DNA from: Camelus ferus
Taxonomy: Eukaryota
DNA length: 64,000 nucleotides
NCBI RefSeq assembly: GCF_009834535.1
Contig: NC_045696.1
Span: forward strand, 13,518,001 to 13,582,000
Direction: 5' to 3'
The translations under genes and the position numbers were made by a program. Below the pieces are notes generated by a model, which worked only from the letters and a program-made list of their open reading frames with translations, made no database searches and was not told the DNA's origin. Each line of letters begins with the position of its first letter. Positions within the stretch are counted from its first letter, which is position 1. Positions 1 through 13,229 of the stretch are shown in pieces.

Positions 1-904
1 TAGCAGGCTGAACATCTGTCCAAAAAGACCTCAAAGAAACATGATGGCCTTTGACAGACCTTTTTAATAAAAGATGACTTTCCAAATGCACTGCTTAAAG
101 AGACTTAGGAATTCTTGAGAGTTAAAATAACCTTTGATGATATATAACAACCTTAGTTTCCCCCCTTTAGATTTGCCTAAATGTGTGGGCGTCCTTTCTA
201 CCTAGTCTCCTCACTTACATCTAGGGAAGTCAATCTCCCTAAAGAGAGAATATCTTAAACTGATCGTTGTAATTTTGGGAGGTCTGAGGCACAGAAATTA
301 TGAATGTGCAAATTTCCTTAAACTGAGAGAGAGAGAGATGACTGACACTCCTTCTTTATCAAACAAAATCATGGTAGATTTCTCCTTGACCTTGTAATAC
401 TGTATAACACAGAAAATTGAAGTGAGATTATAGGAAGTTGATTTCTAAATATCTAGAGGAAACAAACATTTAATACTGCAAAATATTCAATTAAGTGGGA
501 ATTAACTTTTTTTGGGGGGGATGTAAATCCCTGGTAGGTAGTAGGCCCTTTGCAACTAATTATTACAAGACGTTGTATTATGTCTTATCCTTATTTTCAC
601 AAGCGGCTTTTTACCTAGGTATTGAAATGTTTTGTAGCTCTAATTATCCTGACAGTGTGTGGCTATAATCTGACATAGAATACTGTTTTTCTCTTGCCCA
701 CTGAGAAGCATGGACAGAGGAGGCCAATTTTGTTTTTACAAAAGTAATTTTATTGGTTGGCAGTAGATTTTATCAGAAATCTTTATTGGCAGAACACCAG
801 AAACATCACATACCAAATATGGAAGGCTTTTATAGAATTTCAGTTATCATTCAGAAACTCTATATGGAGTGAGTACTAAGTAATAAAATAATAATAACAA
901 CAAC

Positions 905-1158
905 AATAATAAACATATATTGAGTATTCTATGTGTCAAATTTTGTTCTAAGTGCTTGAAATACCCTAACTCTATTGACTCCTTCCAATAATTCTATGTG
1001 GAAATTACTAAGATTATTACTGCTATATTTTATGTATAAGGAAACCTAAAGCAGAGAGAGATCGAATAACTCACCCGAGTACATACAGCTAGGAAGTGGC
1101 AAAGCCGATATTCAAACCAGGCAACTAGATTTCAGAATCTCTGTCATCAACTGCTATG
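905..1158 (-). mobile_element. MIR SINE
   Basis: Reverse-complement MIR core (aaggaaacctaaagcagagagag...gctaggaagtggcaaagccgatattcaaaccaggc). Confidence 0.8.
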
Positions 1159-1229
1159 TATTTGTAAATATAGAGTCAAAGTGTTTATTATGTATAAACG
1201 GAAGAATAGTCTACAAAGTAGTTGATATG

Positions 1230-1660
1230 TATTATTTGAAACTGTTACTATGATAAATGATAAGGAAGGTTGAGGGAATGTTTCAGATTTAAAACTAAGA
1301 GACTTGGTGACCCTCTGTGGTGAGGAGTCCTCAGGGAGGTCCTGTACCAGGGAAAAATCATTATAAAAGTTATTACTGGGATAATTAGGGCAATTTGAGT
1401 AATGTCTATAAATTGGATAATGTGATTAAGTCAAAGTTAAAATATCTGATATTTTTATAATTGTACTATGATTACTTAGGTGAATATCCCTGATCTTTAA
1501 TAAATAATGCTAAGTCTTTAGGATTAAAGGAACATGATGTCTTTATACACACACACAGAGGGATAGTAAATGACAAAGTAAATGTGGTAAAATGTTGACT
1601 ATTGGTGAATCAGAGTAAAAGGTATATGGCAGTTTGCAGCAACTTTTTCCTATAAATCAA
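1230..1660 (+). mobile_element. Ancient L1 (L1MC-like) 3' UTR fragment
   Basis: ataattgtactatgattac...aaatgtggtaaaatgttgactattggtgaatc...aaggtatatgg, typical of L1MC 3' ends. Confidence 0.65.
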
Positions 1661-2159
1661 GTTATATAGTGCTTATTGAAAAGCCCTGGATATGGAGAGG
1701 ATGAGAAAATGATTTATCCAGGATTTTAATACATTACAACACATTTTTACAGTATAGACTAACAGAGTGAAAGTGTGCTGTGGGTTGCAATCCAGCTGAA
1801 AAAAAACAGCAAGAGAGACCTTGATGACATACCATCTTTGAGAAAGGGTATAAATTAGAAGTCTTCCCCTAAAGTATTGTTTTAAGTATTAGCCACTAGT
1901 TTGTATACCTAAAATAGAGAATTTAAAATGTATCTTCTTGTTTAGGATACTCGATATAATTTCACTTAGCTTATGGCTCAAGTATCAAGAAATTGCATTC
2001 TTCATTTGCTTACAATTATAGGCTTATGTATTTAAGAAAATATTTTTATGCCAGAAAACCATCATATACGCAGATTACTTTATGAAAGAGATTTTCCTGT
2101 TCTTTCCACTTCAAATTCTGGCCCAAAGCACCCGTACTGCACTGGCTGCTTGGCATGAG

Positions 2160-2345
2160 CATCAGCCTGAGAGAAGGACTGGGTTCAAACCCTACCACTG
2201 TCACCAACTTGCTATGTGACTATGAAAACTGACTTCACTGAGTGAGTTTCTGTGAGCTCATCTATGAACTGAAAAAATGACAGCCTACTTTGCCGTGCAA
2301 TTGTGAAAATCAAAATGAGTAACTCTGTAAAGCATTTGGCACAGA
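2160..2345 (+). mobile_element. MIR SINE
   Basis: ctgggttcaaaccctaccact...gctatgtgact...ttgtgaaaatcaaaatgag...aaagcatttggcacag. Confidence 0.75.
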
Positions 2346-2939
2346 CAAAAGCATATCTTTCAGTTTAAAAGACTGTATTTATATTTTTTAGTGGCAGTTA
2401 GAAGGAAGGGCTTTGACAGAGAAGAGTATAGAGTGGACAAAACATGCATGATTCCATAGTTTTGCAAGAACTAACCCTTCTGTTTAACAACCCTTAATAA
2501 TATTAAAATTAAAGTACGTTCTTCGCGCTTAAACATGACACAAGACTTTTTTTTGACATTGGAATAAGACTTTTTTTTGAAATTGGAATAAGAAAATTGT
2601 GTTGTTGTAAGAATTAAGTGAGATTTTAAGTGCCTTTGTGACAACCTAGAGAAGGTGAACTATGTAGAATGCAAACTGTCATAAGAAAACAGTAGATTTA
2701 AATAAATGCAACACTAAAACGCTTCTCTTTAGGCATTTGTAGACATGATTGTCCTGGCTTCCAACTAAGGAATCACTGCACACAGTTAAATCTTTTTGTA
2801 GTTTGAATACAATTTTCCCCATCATTTTATTCTTTACCTCTCTGTTTCCTTTTTCAAGTTACATAGAACTTCCAGGTGATGACAGCTGTCATTCAAATGG
2901 AAATAAATATTCAGTACTCATAAGTATTGACAGATACTA

Positions 2940-3958
2940 TTGATTGTGCCCCTAATTGTCATTTCTACTTTCTCTTTTGCTAAAAGAACTCAAATTTTGT
3001 TCTGGCACAGCATGTCCAGGCTCAGTGATGAATATTGCTAGATTTAAGGCAGAATTTCTCAACCTTGGAGATTGTCATTTTAGACCAGATAATTCTTTCT
3101 TGTGAAGAGTTGTTCTGTGTGTTATAGGACATTTAGCAAGATCCCTGACCTTTGCTCACTAGATGCCAATAGCACCCATCCACCAGTTGTGGCAACCAAA
3201 GCTGTCACATATTGCCAAATGTCCCATGGGGGGCATGAGGGTGGGTTATAAAATCATCCCCAGTGGAGAACCTCTGTTTAAGCGAATCCTGGCAGCTCCA
3301 TTCCCAGATGAGAGGATTGTTCTAGAGTGCACTATGTGACCAGGGCTGGCCAACAAGATGCAAGGAGATATCTGCTGGGATTTCTGGGAAAGCTTCCAAA
3401 GCAAGATTTATGAAGAGAAATTCCTTCTTCCTCCTTCTCCTTTTCCTTCCTGCTAGGTACATAGTCATGTGAGAACTTAAGGCTGGGGTGATGGAAGGCA
3501 TCTTGACGATCTGAAGGAAAGGTTAAGCTAACTTCATAAATGCAACTTCAAAGCCTGGACTTTGCTGATCTTCTGCTCCACCCCTGGACTACCAGCCAGA
3601 GCATTTGTTGACCTATTTCACAAATAGTCGAGGTTCCTTCCCTCTGGGGACAAGATAGTGTCATATTTCTCTGTCCCTAGCTCCCTGGAAGTTAGGTGTG
3701 CTCCTGTGACTTGCTTTGTCCAATGTGGACTACTTTGGGGCAGAAACCTTTGAGAGCCTTTCTCTTCCATGTTGAGATAGAGTCTACATCTGCTTCGGTC
3801 CTTAAGATTCACCGTGCTGCTCCCTGCTCGTAACAAGCATCCCTGCCAGTCTTTATGGAGTATGTTTCATGTGCAAAAATACACCTTTGTGGTTTTAAAC
3901 CCTGGTTTCTGGGGGTATTTATTTCAGCGGCATCACAAAACCTAATTCAACAGATACA
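2940..3958 (+). mobile_element. MLT1-family (ERVL-MaLR) LTR fragments, interrupted by MER20
   Basis: MLT1 motifs tgtgaccagggctggccaa, gggatttctgggaaagctt, ttaggtgtgctcctgtgacttgctttgtccaatg and a 3' end ctttgtggttttaaacc...cagcggcatcacaaaacctaa...gataca. Probably two LTR pieces. Confidence 0.6.
3050..3276 (-). mobile_element. MER20 (hAT-Charlie) DNA transposon
   Basis: cagaatttctcaacc...ctagatgccaatagcaccc...attgccaaatgtccc...gagaacctctg; flanked by a degenerate tttaag target duplication. Confidence 0.85.
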
Positions 3959-4769
3959 TCTGCCTTTAAATTACTTGCCAAGTAAATAAATATCTGTATT
4001 TATGGTACTTTTATTTATTAAAATATTTTTAGTATTCCAAGAGAATCCTAAATAATGCAGAATGTTTGTTGAATTGTTTTTTAATTTTCTAAAAAAAATA
4101 TAGGTGGTATGTTTGAGATGATATCGAAAGTTGACTGTCAATTAAATAACGAGGACTTTAGAACAATACAAAATTCTACATGCACATGGGCTTGTTTTTA
4201 ATCCATCTGTTCTGTAAACTCTTTTCCATGCTATATTCATGCATTCAGAAACACACACACACACACAGTGCAAACATACACCTCCCTCCCTGTTGGAAAG
4301 GTAGGACGGTCTGTTTCTCTCCAGTGCACAGTTGACAGAACACACTGGGACTGGATTTTTCACATATAACCAGAGTTCCCATATGTCTATTTAAATATTT
4401 AAGCATAAGTCATTTGCTTGTAAATAAGACTCACAATTATTGTAAATGTATATTCATCAATTATTTAGTGGTTAAATTTAAATTTGAATACAACTAAATT
4501 ATTTCTTCACTCATCCAATCATTCAATTGCTTATTGAATGCTTACTAGGTAATAGGCAAGTATGTTTTCATATATACTGTCCAGCTAGTCTTGGTTTAAA
4601 CTCCCTCACAGACAGAAAGTGAACATGTTCTCTGAAGAGTGAGATGCTAGTCCAGTTTCCAGTCCTATGATGGTGTTTGCTGCCAGAACACCTGCACCGT
4701 GTGGTATAACTTTTTACACCTTATGGTGCACAGTCAACAACAACAGCAATAAAAACAAATTCCACTACC

Positions 4770-4940
4770 ACAGGCTTTGACCCTAGACCTGCATGCATTT
4801 AAATCAAGGCTTTGTCCCTCGTAAGCAAGTTCACCTTTCTGAACTGCAAGAGCATCCTTTCTAGAGGGTCTGTGGCAACTAAGTAACGTGATGTATCTGA
4901 AGTGCGCAGTGCTGAAACCCGGCACAAAATGAAGACCTAA
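4770..4940 (+). mobile_element. MIR SINE (degenerate)
   Basis: caggctttgaccctagacctg...gcaagttcacctttctgaac...cccggcacaaaatg. Confidence 0.55.
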
Positions 4941-5334
4941 TGGAGGTGCCTTTCCTCTTTTTCTGTGGATCCTGAGAATCCGCTTCCATCTTTCTAGGAC
5001 CTCTTACTCTTTTCTCATAAAAAGAAAAACATTCATTAAAAGTTCGTGACAGACTCCAAACCTACACTTACATTCTGTAAAAGTGAAAAATAATTTTGAG
5101 AAAGTTAAAAACTGCTGTCACATCTGTAAAAGGCCTGGTGAACTACAAATTGAGTTAACGTAGGCTTTCTTACAGTTTATGTTTATCACTGCAATTTTCT
5201 TATAGTTTCTAGTTTCCTCTCTTTGACACATCAAAATGAGTGCAGTATGTAGGAAATTATACAGAAGTAGAAAAGTTGAAACGGACATTTTCACAAAAAA
5301 GTAACTGAGGATAGAAAAAATATGTTTCAGAGTA

Positions 5335-5435
5335 TTAATACCCATATTATTGTGTTGTTGTAAGAATTAAGTGAGATTATAATACAATGTGTTACAGCTC
5401 GGGGCACAGAATAGACTCTAATGGTAGCTTATTAT
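5335..5435 (+). mobile_element. MIR 3' fragment
   Basis: gttgttgtaagaattaagtgagat...ggcacagaatagactctaatggtagcttatta. Confidence 0.6.
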
Positions 5436-6688
5436 ATTTACCATTAAGTAAGAGCCAGTAAAAATATGTCTCTGAAAAAAAATATACAGATAGATACAGA
5501 TATATAGAGATAGATAAATCGGAAAATTTAATCATCCAAATTAGTGCATCAGATAACATGTGTAATAGTCTATTAATGTCCTCACACTTGTTTTAAAAAA
5601 ATAGAGGCTAAGATCCCCTTCTGTTCATACACATTGACAGAGGGGTGGGGGAAGTGAATCCATAAGAAAAGAGACTACTTAATAAAAGCCATGGAATAGA
5701 AGCAGCAAGTGTGTAGAAACGAAGGAACAAACTGTTATCTTAATAGTAATTCATCTTATTGTGACTAAATCACTTGTAAGGCTCCTGTTTGCACTTCACA
5801 ATAAGAAAGCCAAAGTCAATTAAGATTTCAAGCCTTACATATCACTGGGTTTAATACATGTAAACCCAATGTTCCTGGTCGGCAGCCTTGTAAAAAAAAC
5901 AGACATAATTGCAGGCAGTGGCATAATATGTGAAAATGCATATTCACAGATACTGGTTTACTGAGAACACAGATGTGTGTGTGTGTGTAAAAATTCTACA
6001 AAATAAGCTGCCGTTATACATCACAATATCAATTCTTTCCAGAAAAAAGGTAATGATGCTTGTGTGTTTGCCTCCAAACCGATATGCATCCGATGTTTTC
6101 TCATTATATTCAGCCTAATTAAGATTTTAGACTTTTCCTTTTTATTATACCATTTGGCATGTTTTTGTTTGCACACCTGAAGACTTCAAACATGAAGGCT
6201 GAATTTTATCTTAGGATGGGAAAGAATGCTCTGCTTGCTGCTTTTGCCATGTATTTTCCACAAAAACCAGACTGCCCCAAAGCAGATCAACATTAAAACA
6301 TGTTTTCGTCCCAGTGTGATGAGGTACTAGGTCCTGTGACTGAATTTGAGAGAAATGATTGATTAAACACGTCAATCTATTGGTTAAGTTTGCACGCTAC
6401 TGTTTACTCTTTCTGCTGCCATTTTATTATGGTGTTCAGGAGAACAAGATGTCGATCGCTGCTCTACTGACATTTTAACAATAATGGTGATCCAGGCTGT
6501 GCTTTTATTCTTACTCAGGTGTTAGAAGAGCAAGCTTGGGAAACAACACAATGCAACCACAAAGATTTTCTGTAATCCTACTGTGTACAAAGCATTTACA
6601 CATAAGCATTCTCTTCTTCCACCTAAAACTCTTCACCTGCTTCTGAATAAACTGAGAGTAAAATCCATGTCTATGCCTTTACCTAGGA

Positions 6689-6897
6689 CAGTGGTCTTCA
6701 AATATTTTATCTAACTTACCTCTAAAATAATTTAGAGCAACTAGGACCTACTCCCTACATATTGTAAGCTGGTATTTAAAATGTTCAGTGTAAGTCTAAA
6801 TGGTGTCAAAATATGTAATTTCTGATGTATTGTATCTTGTATATATTTTCATTAGATCATTGGAACTGAAGACTTATTATTTTCACTTTGGGGAACA
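6689..6897. mobile_element. hAT-Charlie-like DNA transposon fragment
   Basis: Starts cagtggtcttcaaa and ends cactttggggaaca, resembling Charlie-type termini. Subfamily not determined. Confidence 0.45.
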
Positions 6898-6990
6898 TAT
6901 CTGTGATATCACTAATTTTTAACATTAGTCATCCTTGTCAAACCAATCAGCCAAAACAGAACTAATTTCTTAAAAAGGTAAGATTTATTT

Positions 6991-6993
<3 letters not shown>

Positions 6994-7028
<35 letters not shown>
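6994..7028. repeat. (CA)n microsatellite
   Basis: About 17 perfect AC units. Confidence 0.95.
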
Positions 7029-7029
<1 letters not shown>

Positions 7030-7132
7030 CTTACTATATCTCTAAACTAAGAGACTGTTTCTAAATTCTAACTCTAAAATAGAGACAGATGGAATAATAA
7101 ATAGATAGATGGGTGGATACAAGATAGAGGAT

Positions 7133-7308
7133 AGAGAATAGATGGATAGATGATGGATGGATGGATGGATAGACAGAGAATAGATGGATAGATGATGGAT
7201 GGATGGATGGATGGATAGACAGAGAATAGATGGATAGATGATGGATGGATGGATGGATGGATAGACAGAGAATAGATGGATAGATGATGGATGGATGGAT
7301 GGATAGAC
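7133..7308. repeat. Compound minisatellite, 4 units of 42/46/46/42 bp with nested (ATGG)4-5
   Basis: Unit agagaatagatggatagatg(atgg)4-5atagac starts at 7133, 7175, 7221 and 7267. Confidence 0.95.
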
Positions 7309-7759
7309 AGACAGATGAGAGAGAGAGAATATTTAGGTTATGAATATTTCACTGGATAAAAGGAAACAAAAGTTTGTTTGGTCTTTCTTGCTTGCTCCTC
7401 CAGCACTTGTCCTCAGGAGCACTGCCCTGACTTACGCCCTGGGACACTGCACCAAGGTGTGATTCAAGATAGGTGCTAGGTGTGCTTTGTTTCTGAAAAT
7501 GGGAAAAGGACAATTACGGAAAAGGTGGGAAAGGAGAAGTAGCAGAGCTCAGGTGCACTCTCAGTGGGGTCAATTTTAGGACAGAGTAAATGGAGATCTG
7601 GAAACGGATGCCCTTCCAATCTATTGGTGCAATCTGGAAAGTCTTCCTGGACCTGCAGAGGCACACAGACGGTCGGAGGACCACTGGCTGAGGAGGTGGG
7701 TCTAGCATGAGCTGGTCCTTGATGACCTCTGGCCTCTACCCTACCACCTGGCTCTTCTC

Positions 7760-8125
7760 CAGGTGTCAAAACATTCCAACAGCTTTTCTCTGCACCGGGG
7801 CCTGTGCACAGCCTATTCCCTTATGCAGAAGGTTCTTTCCTTTGCCTTTCACATCTGGCTCATTGTCTCCCATAGGGTGTCAGTTTAAATGGCACCTCCT
7901 TGGCTGTGTAATATCTATATCCATCCCTCTGCCCTAATACCTCACTTGTCCAGTCTCTATGAATTTCATTTGTTTCTTTCATAACATTTAACTGTCCCTA
8001 TTTATGCTTTCTGTGTACTTATATGTGTTTTCATCCACCAGTGTCCTTGCAGGTGGGAATTATATCCACCATCCTATCAGGGTAGCCTCAGGGCTGGGCT
8101 CAGTGTCTGTAAATAGATCAATGAA
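7760..8125 (+). mobile_element. L2 LINE 3' fragment
   Basis: tgtgcacagcctattccc...tcagtttaaatggcacctcc...ccttgcaggtgggaattatatc...agggctgggctcag. Confidence 0.6.
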
Positions 8126-9839
8126 AAGCCCTCAAAGCATAAGAAAATGTAAAAACCAGAGGAATTAACCCTTCATTGGTTGAGAGCATAAAACGACTCT
8201 AGTCCTGCAACAGTTTCATTGTACAAGATAATTAAATTTTTACTGTCTACTGGGTTTGAAATACAGCTTGGAATTCTCTCAAGTAAATTTAAATATATAA
8301 CAAAACTTCATAAGGTTGTACACAAAATCAGTCTTAAACTGCTATGCATACGTATTCAGATTTCATCTATTCAAAATACTGAGAGTGGTGCAGTATTGCA
8401 AGTGTTGTAAGTATTCGATTACCAGACAATAAAACGTAGAAGTAAAAGCAGAAAGGACTGGACTGAGATGATGAGATAAGATAAAACAAAACCAAATGAT
8501 AAAACCTTGGCTGAAGGCAACTGAAAATCACAAGAAGATGTTTAAGATCTACATATAGAAATATTAAAAATATTTTTGTCATTTTAATATTTTAAGTAGA
8601 AATCTGAATAGTACACAACCCAACTAATATGATTTCCAGAAATAGGACATTAGGGAAAAAAAGAGGCAGACTTAGGAATAATGAATTTGCTGACACAATT
8701 TTAAAGAAACTCTCACCAATATGATGGATGAGAATACTGAAGTACTTTCATTTACAAATTATTGAAATTAGAAACTGACTGACAATGGGAAAATCTTTAT
8801 ATAAACTTATTTAGTATGTCAATTTTAACAACCTTATGGTATAGAGATTTTTATTTTTTATGAATATGGGAAGTGAGACAAAGTGACTATTTGAATTCAG
8901 GTCTTTATTTCAGATTTCTCATGTTGATTCAAATAAAACATTTTTTTAATTTATAAAAATACGATGGCTTGTTCTGTTCATATAGCACTGTGGGATAATC
9001 AGGGAACTTCCTGGCTAAGTCGACATCCCTTCTGATAACCTAGAGCAGCTTGCGCCTGCCACAGAACAGAAGCACAACATGTGTTTCCTGAACATATGAG
9101 TGATGCAAGGAGTGAAAAAGGAAAATAATTCGCGTCTCACAAGCTTCCTGGCTGATTATATAAGCAGCATCTATCCGTTGGACGAGGCTTATTATCCTAA
9201 CGCACCATGTCAGTAGAACTTCTGAGTAACTAGGATTAGACCTTCTTATTCAGAGTTACTTTATTTTCAAATGGCTTCACAACTTTCTTCCCTAAATTAG
9301 GTTTTGTGAAAATGAAACACCTTCTAAAATGGAATTCGCATTTCTGGGCTGTGGAGAGCCTCTTTCTTTAGGTTATGGAAAACAGAAAGAAGGAACTTAC
9401 AGTAAATAACAAATAGAATCACTCTGACATGAATTTAATACCTATTTCAAATGAACCGTATCTTTCCTGATGTACATTCCCCTTTTGGGCATAATTTTAT
9501 TGGGGATAGTAAGGATTTTCTGTAAATTTGTTGCCACAAGATTGATTTAATGGAGCCAAAGCAATATGTGTGTGTGTGTGTGTTTCTGAGCACCAGAAAT
9601 TCAGACTTTAACCCCTTAAATGAATAACTTTCTGATTATTTACAGCATCTATAACATTTATTTTGTGACTTTTTTGAGGAATGTAATCTATTAGTGGATA
9701 AAAAACTGCCAAAAATGTTGGCAATCTTACAATAAGGATGTGAAACTTGGTATATCAATTACTCTCCCTCATCTTAAAGTTTTCTCATCTCAAAAACAGG
9801 CATTATGGTTGATGGTAGCTAACACCTAGAGTCACCAAG

Positions 9840-10190
9840 TGTGGACAGAATGTTTGTGACCTTCCAAATTTCATATGTTAAAGCCCTTACCCCAAAGGTG
9901 GGGGTTTTGGAGGTGGAGCCTTCAGGAATTGATTGGATTTAGCTGAGATCCTGAGGGTAGAGCCACCATGATGAGGTTAAGGGCTTCATAGAAAAAGGAA
10001 GAGAGTAGAGTGCTCTCTCTACCCAATGTGAGGATGCAGAAAAAGGACCATCATCCAAAAACGAGGAAGTAAGCTCTCACCAAACACCGACTTTCCTGGC
10101 ACTTTGATTTTGGACCTCCTAGCCTACAAATTGAGTAATAAATGTTTGCTGTTTAAGCCACCCAGTCTACAGTATTTTGAATTGACTACA
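9840..10190 (+). mobile_element. MLT1A-type solo LTR (ERVL-MaLR)
   Basis: gaatgtttgtgacc...ttcatatgttaaagccctt...ggaggtggagccttc...ctggcactttgattttggacctcctagcct...aataaatgtttgctgtttaagccacccagtcta. Confidence 0.85.
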
Positions 10191-10254
10191 AATTTTTTTA
10201 GGAACCACAGATGCCTATGTGCAAATGAAGTGATAATAATAATAATGATAGTTA

Positions 10255-10445
10255 CAATAACTTTTTTAAAGCATTAACCTTGTCCTTGACACTGTGCTAA
10301 TCACTTTCCACATATGAACTCAGCTAATCTCAAAAGCCCAGTGAAGTAGACATAATCAATTCCATTTTACAAAGAAAATTGAAGCAAAGAGAAGCCATGC
10401 AACATGCCCAACTTCCCACACATACTGAGATGTGGAGCTGAGATT
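10255..10445 (-). mobile_element. MIR SINE
   Basis: gacactgtgctaatcactttc...ccattttacaaagaaaattgaagcaaagaga...gtggagctgagattt. Confidence 0.75.
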
Positions 10446-10850
10446 TAGATGTATAAAATATTAATAATCAGCCACTTCTATAATTTTATATTTACCAATA
10501 TATGTTATATCGCTTCTATTTAGGCTGAAAGCCTTTGAAGGCAAAAACTAAGGCACATCTTTCTGACATCCGTCATAGCACATGACCGTGCAGGGGAGTG
10601 ATGTTAATATGTATTTATCAAACATATTCATTACATTGCACTTGTCCTTGTAACTGACTGAAAATAAGCACTAAAGGTCAAGAAACAATGCATATATCAT
10701 ATTATTAAAATGACATTTTAAGGAAAACCTAGCTGGAATGATTGTGTATAAACAAAAAAATGTCTGATATACATATTAAATGGTACATTTATTTTATCTT
10801 TATGGCTTCATTGTCCTATCAAGGGATGTTTCAGCCCAAATGCATTAAGC

Positions 10851-11354
10851 TGTCTAGGTCAGTGTCCTGGCAGAAAGTAGATGGCACTTTTATAGGAGGT
10901 GACAGAATGAAGGTGATGATAAAGGTAATGAAGGTGCTCTTTATAAACATGTGGCAGGTTAGGAGAAAGGTAAGGGATAGTAAGGTAGCTTCTGGGTTTA
11001 TCAAAAGCTATAGGTCATGACCAGCCTACCAACTGTTAAGACTGAAGGGGCAGGGGTATGGAACACTGAGACACTTAGAACTTAAGGAGAGAGACACGCA
11101 AAATGAGCTAAGACCTGTGGAGGAGGAACTCACACACTGACAACTCATAGAGAACCAGTGGGGAAGGAGTCAAGGAGACAAATAATTAAGCCACATTCTG
11201 TTCCTGCCTTGCCATCTGATGGGATTTTCTATTGGCCAAAAGCAATACTAAGCCAGAAGGCAAGAGAACCTTTTGATACAACTCCTAAAAGTCAACAGAG
11301 ATTAGAGATGGTAGAGAGTGGATCTGGATGGACAAACAGAGACTATCCATCATA
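10851..11354 (-). mobile_element. LTR33-type ERVL solo LTR
   Basis: tgtctaggtcagtgtcctggcagaaagtagatggcac ... attggccaaa...agccagaaggcaagagaacc...gagagtggatctggatggacaaacagagactatcc matches LTR33 termini in reverse. Confidence 0.7.
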
Positions 11355-12384
11355 GCCACTGGAGAAGACAGTCTCCTATTGGAGGAACCGTGGCTCCATC
11401 GATCTTGGGAGGTTAGTGTGTATGCACACAGAGGCTCTGTTCCAGGCTGTCTTCAAGAAGTATTACAGCAATCTGTAAAGTAAGGGTAAATCACTTTCAG
11501 GACATGTTACGCCTTCTTGAACTTGGGAATATGCGATATTTATATCTGGGCCCTCTTTGTCTCAATTCTTCACTGAGAAAAGGCAGCTGTCTCTGAGCAA
11601 CTTATAGGAGAATCAAGACTTTGCCAGAACACAGTGCTTGCTGTCTACCTAACTTCACTGAGATTAAATTCAACTCCTACTTGACTCAATTCTTAAACCA
11701 TATTCTCAAATGGCTTCTGTACTCTTATACAACATAAGGTTGGGTAAACCTATATAGTGTTTTGAAAAGGCTCAGTGTGCTAAAAATCGTCACCTTTCAG
11801 CAGGACCAACATGCTTCAGGGCAGTACTTATTTTGACAATAGATATTAATTTGTGAGGATCTTTCTGTGCCTCAGTTTGCCTAATTTGAAAAAAAAAAGT
11901 AAAAATTTAAATCCTTCTTGGATCTGACATTCTTTGATTCCTTGTGTTCTTTGACCAAGGGTGGAGGTGGAGAATGGGGGAAAAATATAACAGAGATGAG
12001 AGGACTTTCCCAGAGGCAGAATAAGATGAGAGTTAACAAAGATTTAGGCAAAGAGAAGTATATTTCTTTAATTTTTTGTGGGGGTAGTAATTCCCAACTC
12101 TGATTCTTTGTTCGTAGTCCCTCCGGGGATGATCAGAACATTCTATTTCATGTCCCTATGTTATCAAAGAGAAGATTTAAGTTTTATCTTTGGGGGAGAT
12201 AGCTATTGGTTACATAACTGGTTATGCATTCAATTTTAACCTGAGAAAAAGCTTTATTTTTCTCATTACCTAGAAAGAGTTACTAGAGAAGGATTATTGC
12301 ACACACACACACACACACACACAGCCAAACAAAAAGTACTTGTAGAAAAGCTACGTTGTCTGTGAAGACACACTGCTTCCCAAC

Positions 12385-12945
12385 TTTGGACGCTCACATA
12401 TGCTGTCCCTCTGCTTGGAATGCTCTTCCTTTTTTCTATTCAATTCTCTTACAATTCACTTTTCCTATTCAATTCTTCTCTTACAGATTTAAACTCAATA
12501 ATATTTTTACTCTGGGAAAAGCTTTCTGAACCTTCTTAAACTTTGCCCATTTCTCTCATTAAATGAGCTCAAAACACCATAACCCTCTTATTCATAAATT
12601 TTTTTTCAGTTTAAAATTACATATGTAGAGCTCAAGTGGTAGAGCACATGCTTAGCATTCACGAGGTCCTGGGTTCAATCCCCAGTATCTCCTCTAAAAA
12701 TAAAAAAGTAAGCAAATAAACAAATAAATAAACCTAATTACCCCCCACCAAAAAAATTTTTTTTAAAACTTTAAACAAGTAAATTAAATAGATAAAATTA
12801 AATATGTATTTGTGTGATTATTTAACTCATGTTAATTTATGTTCATATGCCTTTCCTACACTGGAAGCTATATGAAGACTGACTGTCTACTGTGGTCATT
12901 AATGTCTACGCCCAGTGGCCTGCCTTGGAGAGTCATTGAGTGAGG
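12385..12945 (+). mobile_element. L2 LINE 3' fragment interrupted by a vic-1 SINE
   Basis: atgctgtccctctgcttggaatgctcttcc...gggaaaagctttctga...actggaagctatatgaag. Confidence 0.65.
12628..12792 (+). mobile_element. vic-1-type camelid tRNA-derived SINE (5' slightly truncated)
   Basis: agctcaagtggtagagcacatgcttagc...ggtcctgggttcaatccccagta (Pol III A and B boxes), A-rich tail, TSD taaaattacatatgta (12612-12627) / taaaattaaatatgta (12793-12808). Confidence 0.88.
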
Positions 12946-13229
12946 TACGTTCTTACGCACAATTTGATAACTTACTACAGTGACTGCTTATGTTTCAGAT
13001 AAACATGTTCTTAGAAGAGGTACTATTGGTTCTGGGCAAGGGAAGGAAGTGTTACCTAAAGCTACGTCCCTGATTCACACCAAGACATTACCATGGTATG
13101 TTGCTTCTGTCCATCGCATCTGAGAAAATGTGATTAACTGTTTTATTTTATTTATTTTTTTTTCTGGAATAAGATTTCCAAAGCATCTACTCTAAGCCTA
13201 TACGAGATATATGTTTATAATCTCTATTT

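Noticed and set aside
7133..7308. Regularly spaced repeats resembling a CRISPR array
   Set aside because: No unique spacers and no cas genes; it is a eukaryotic tandem repeat.
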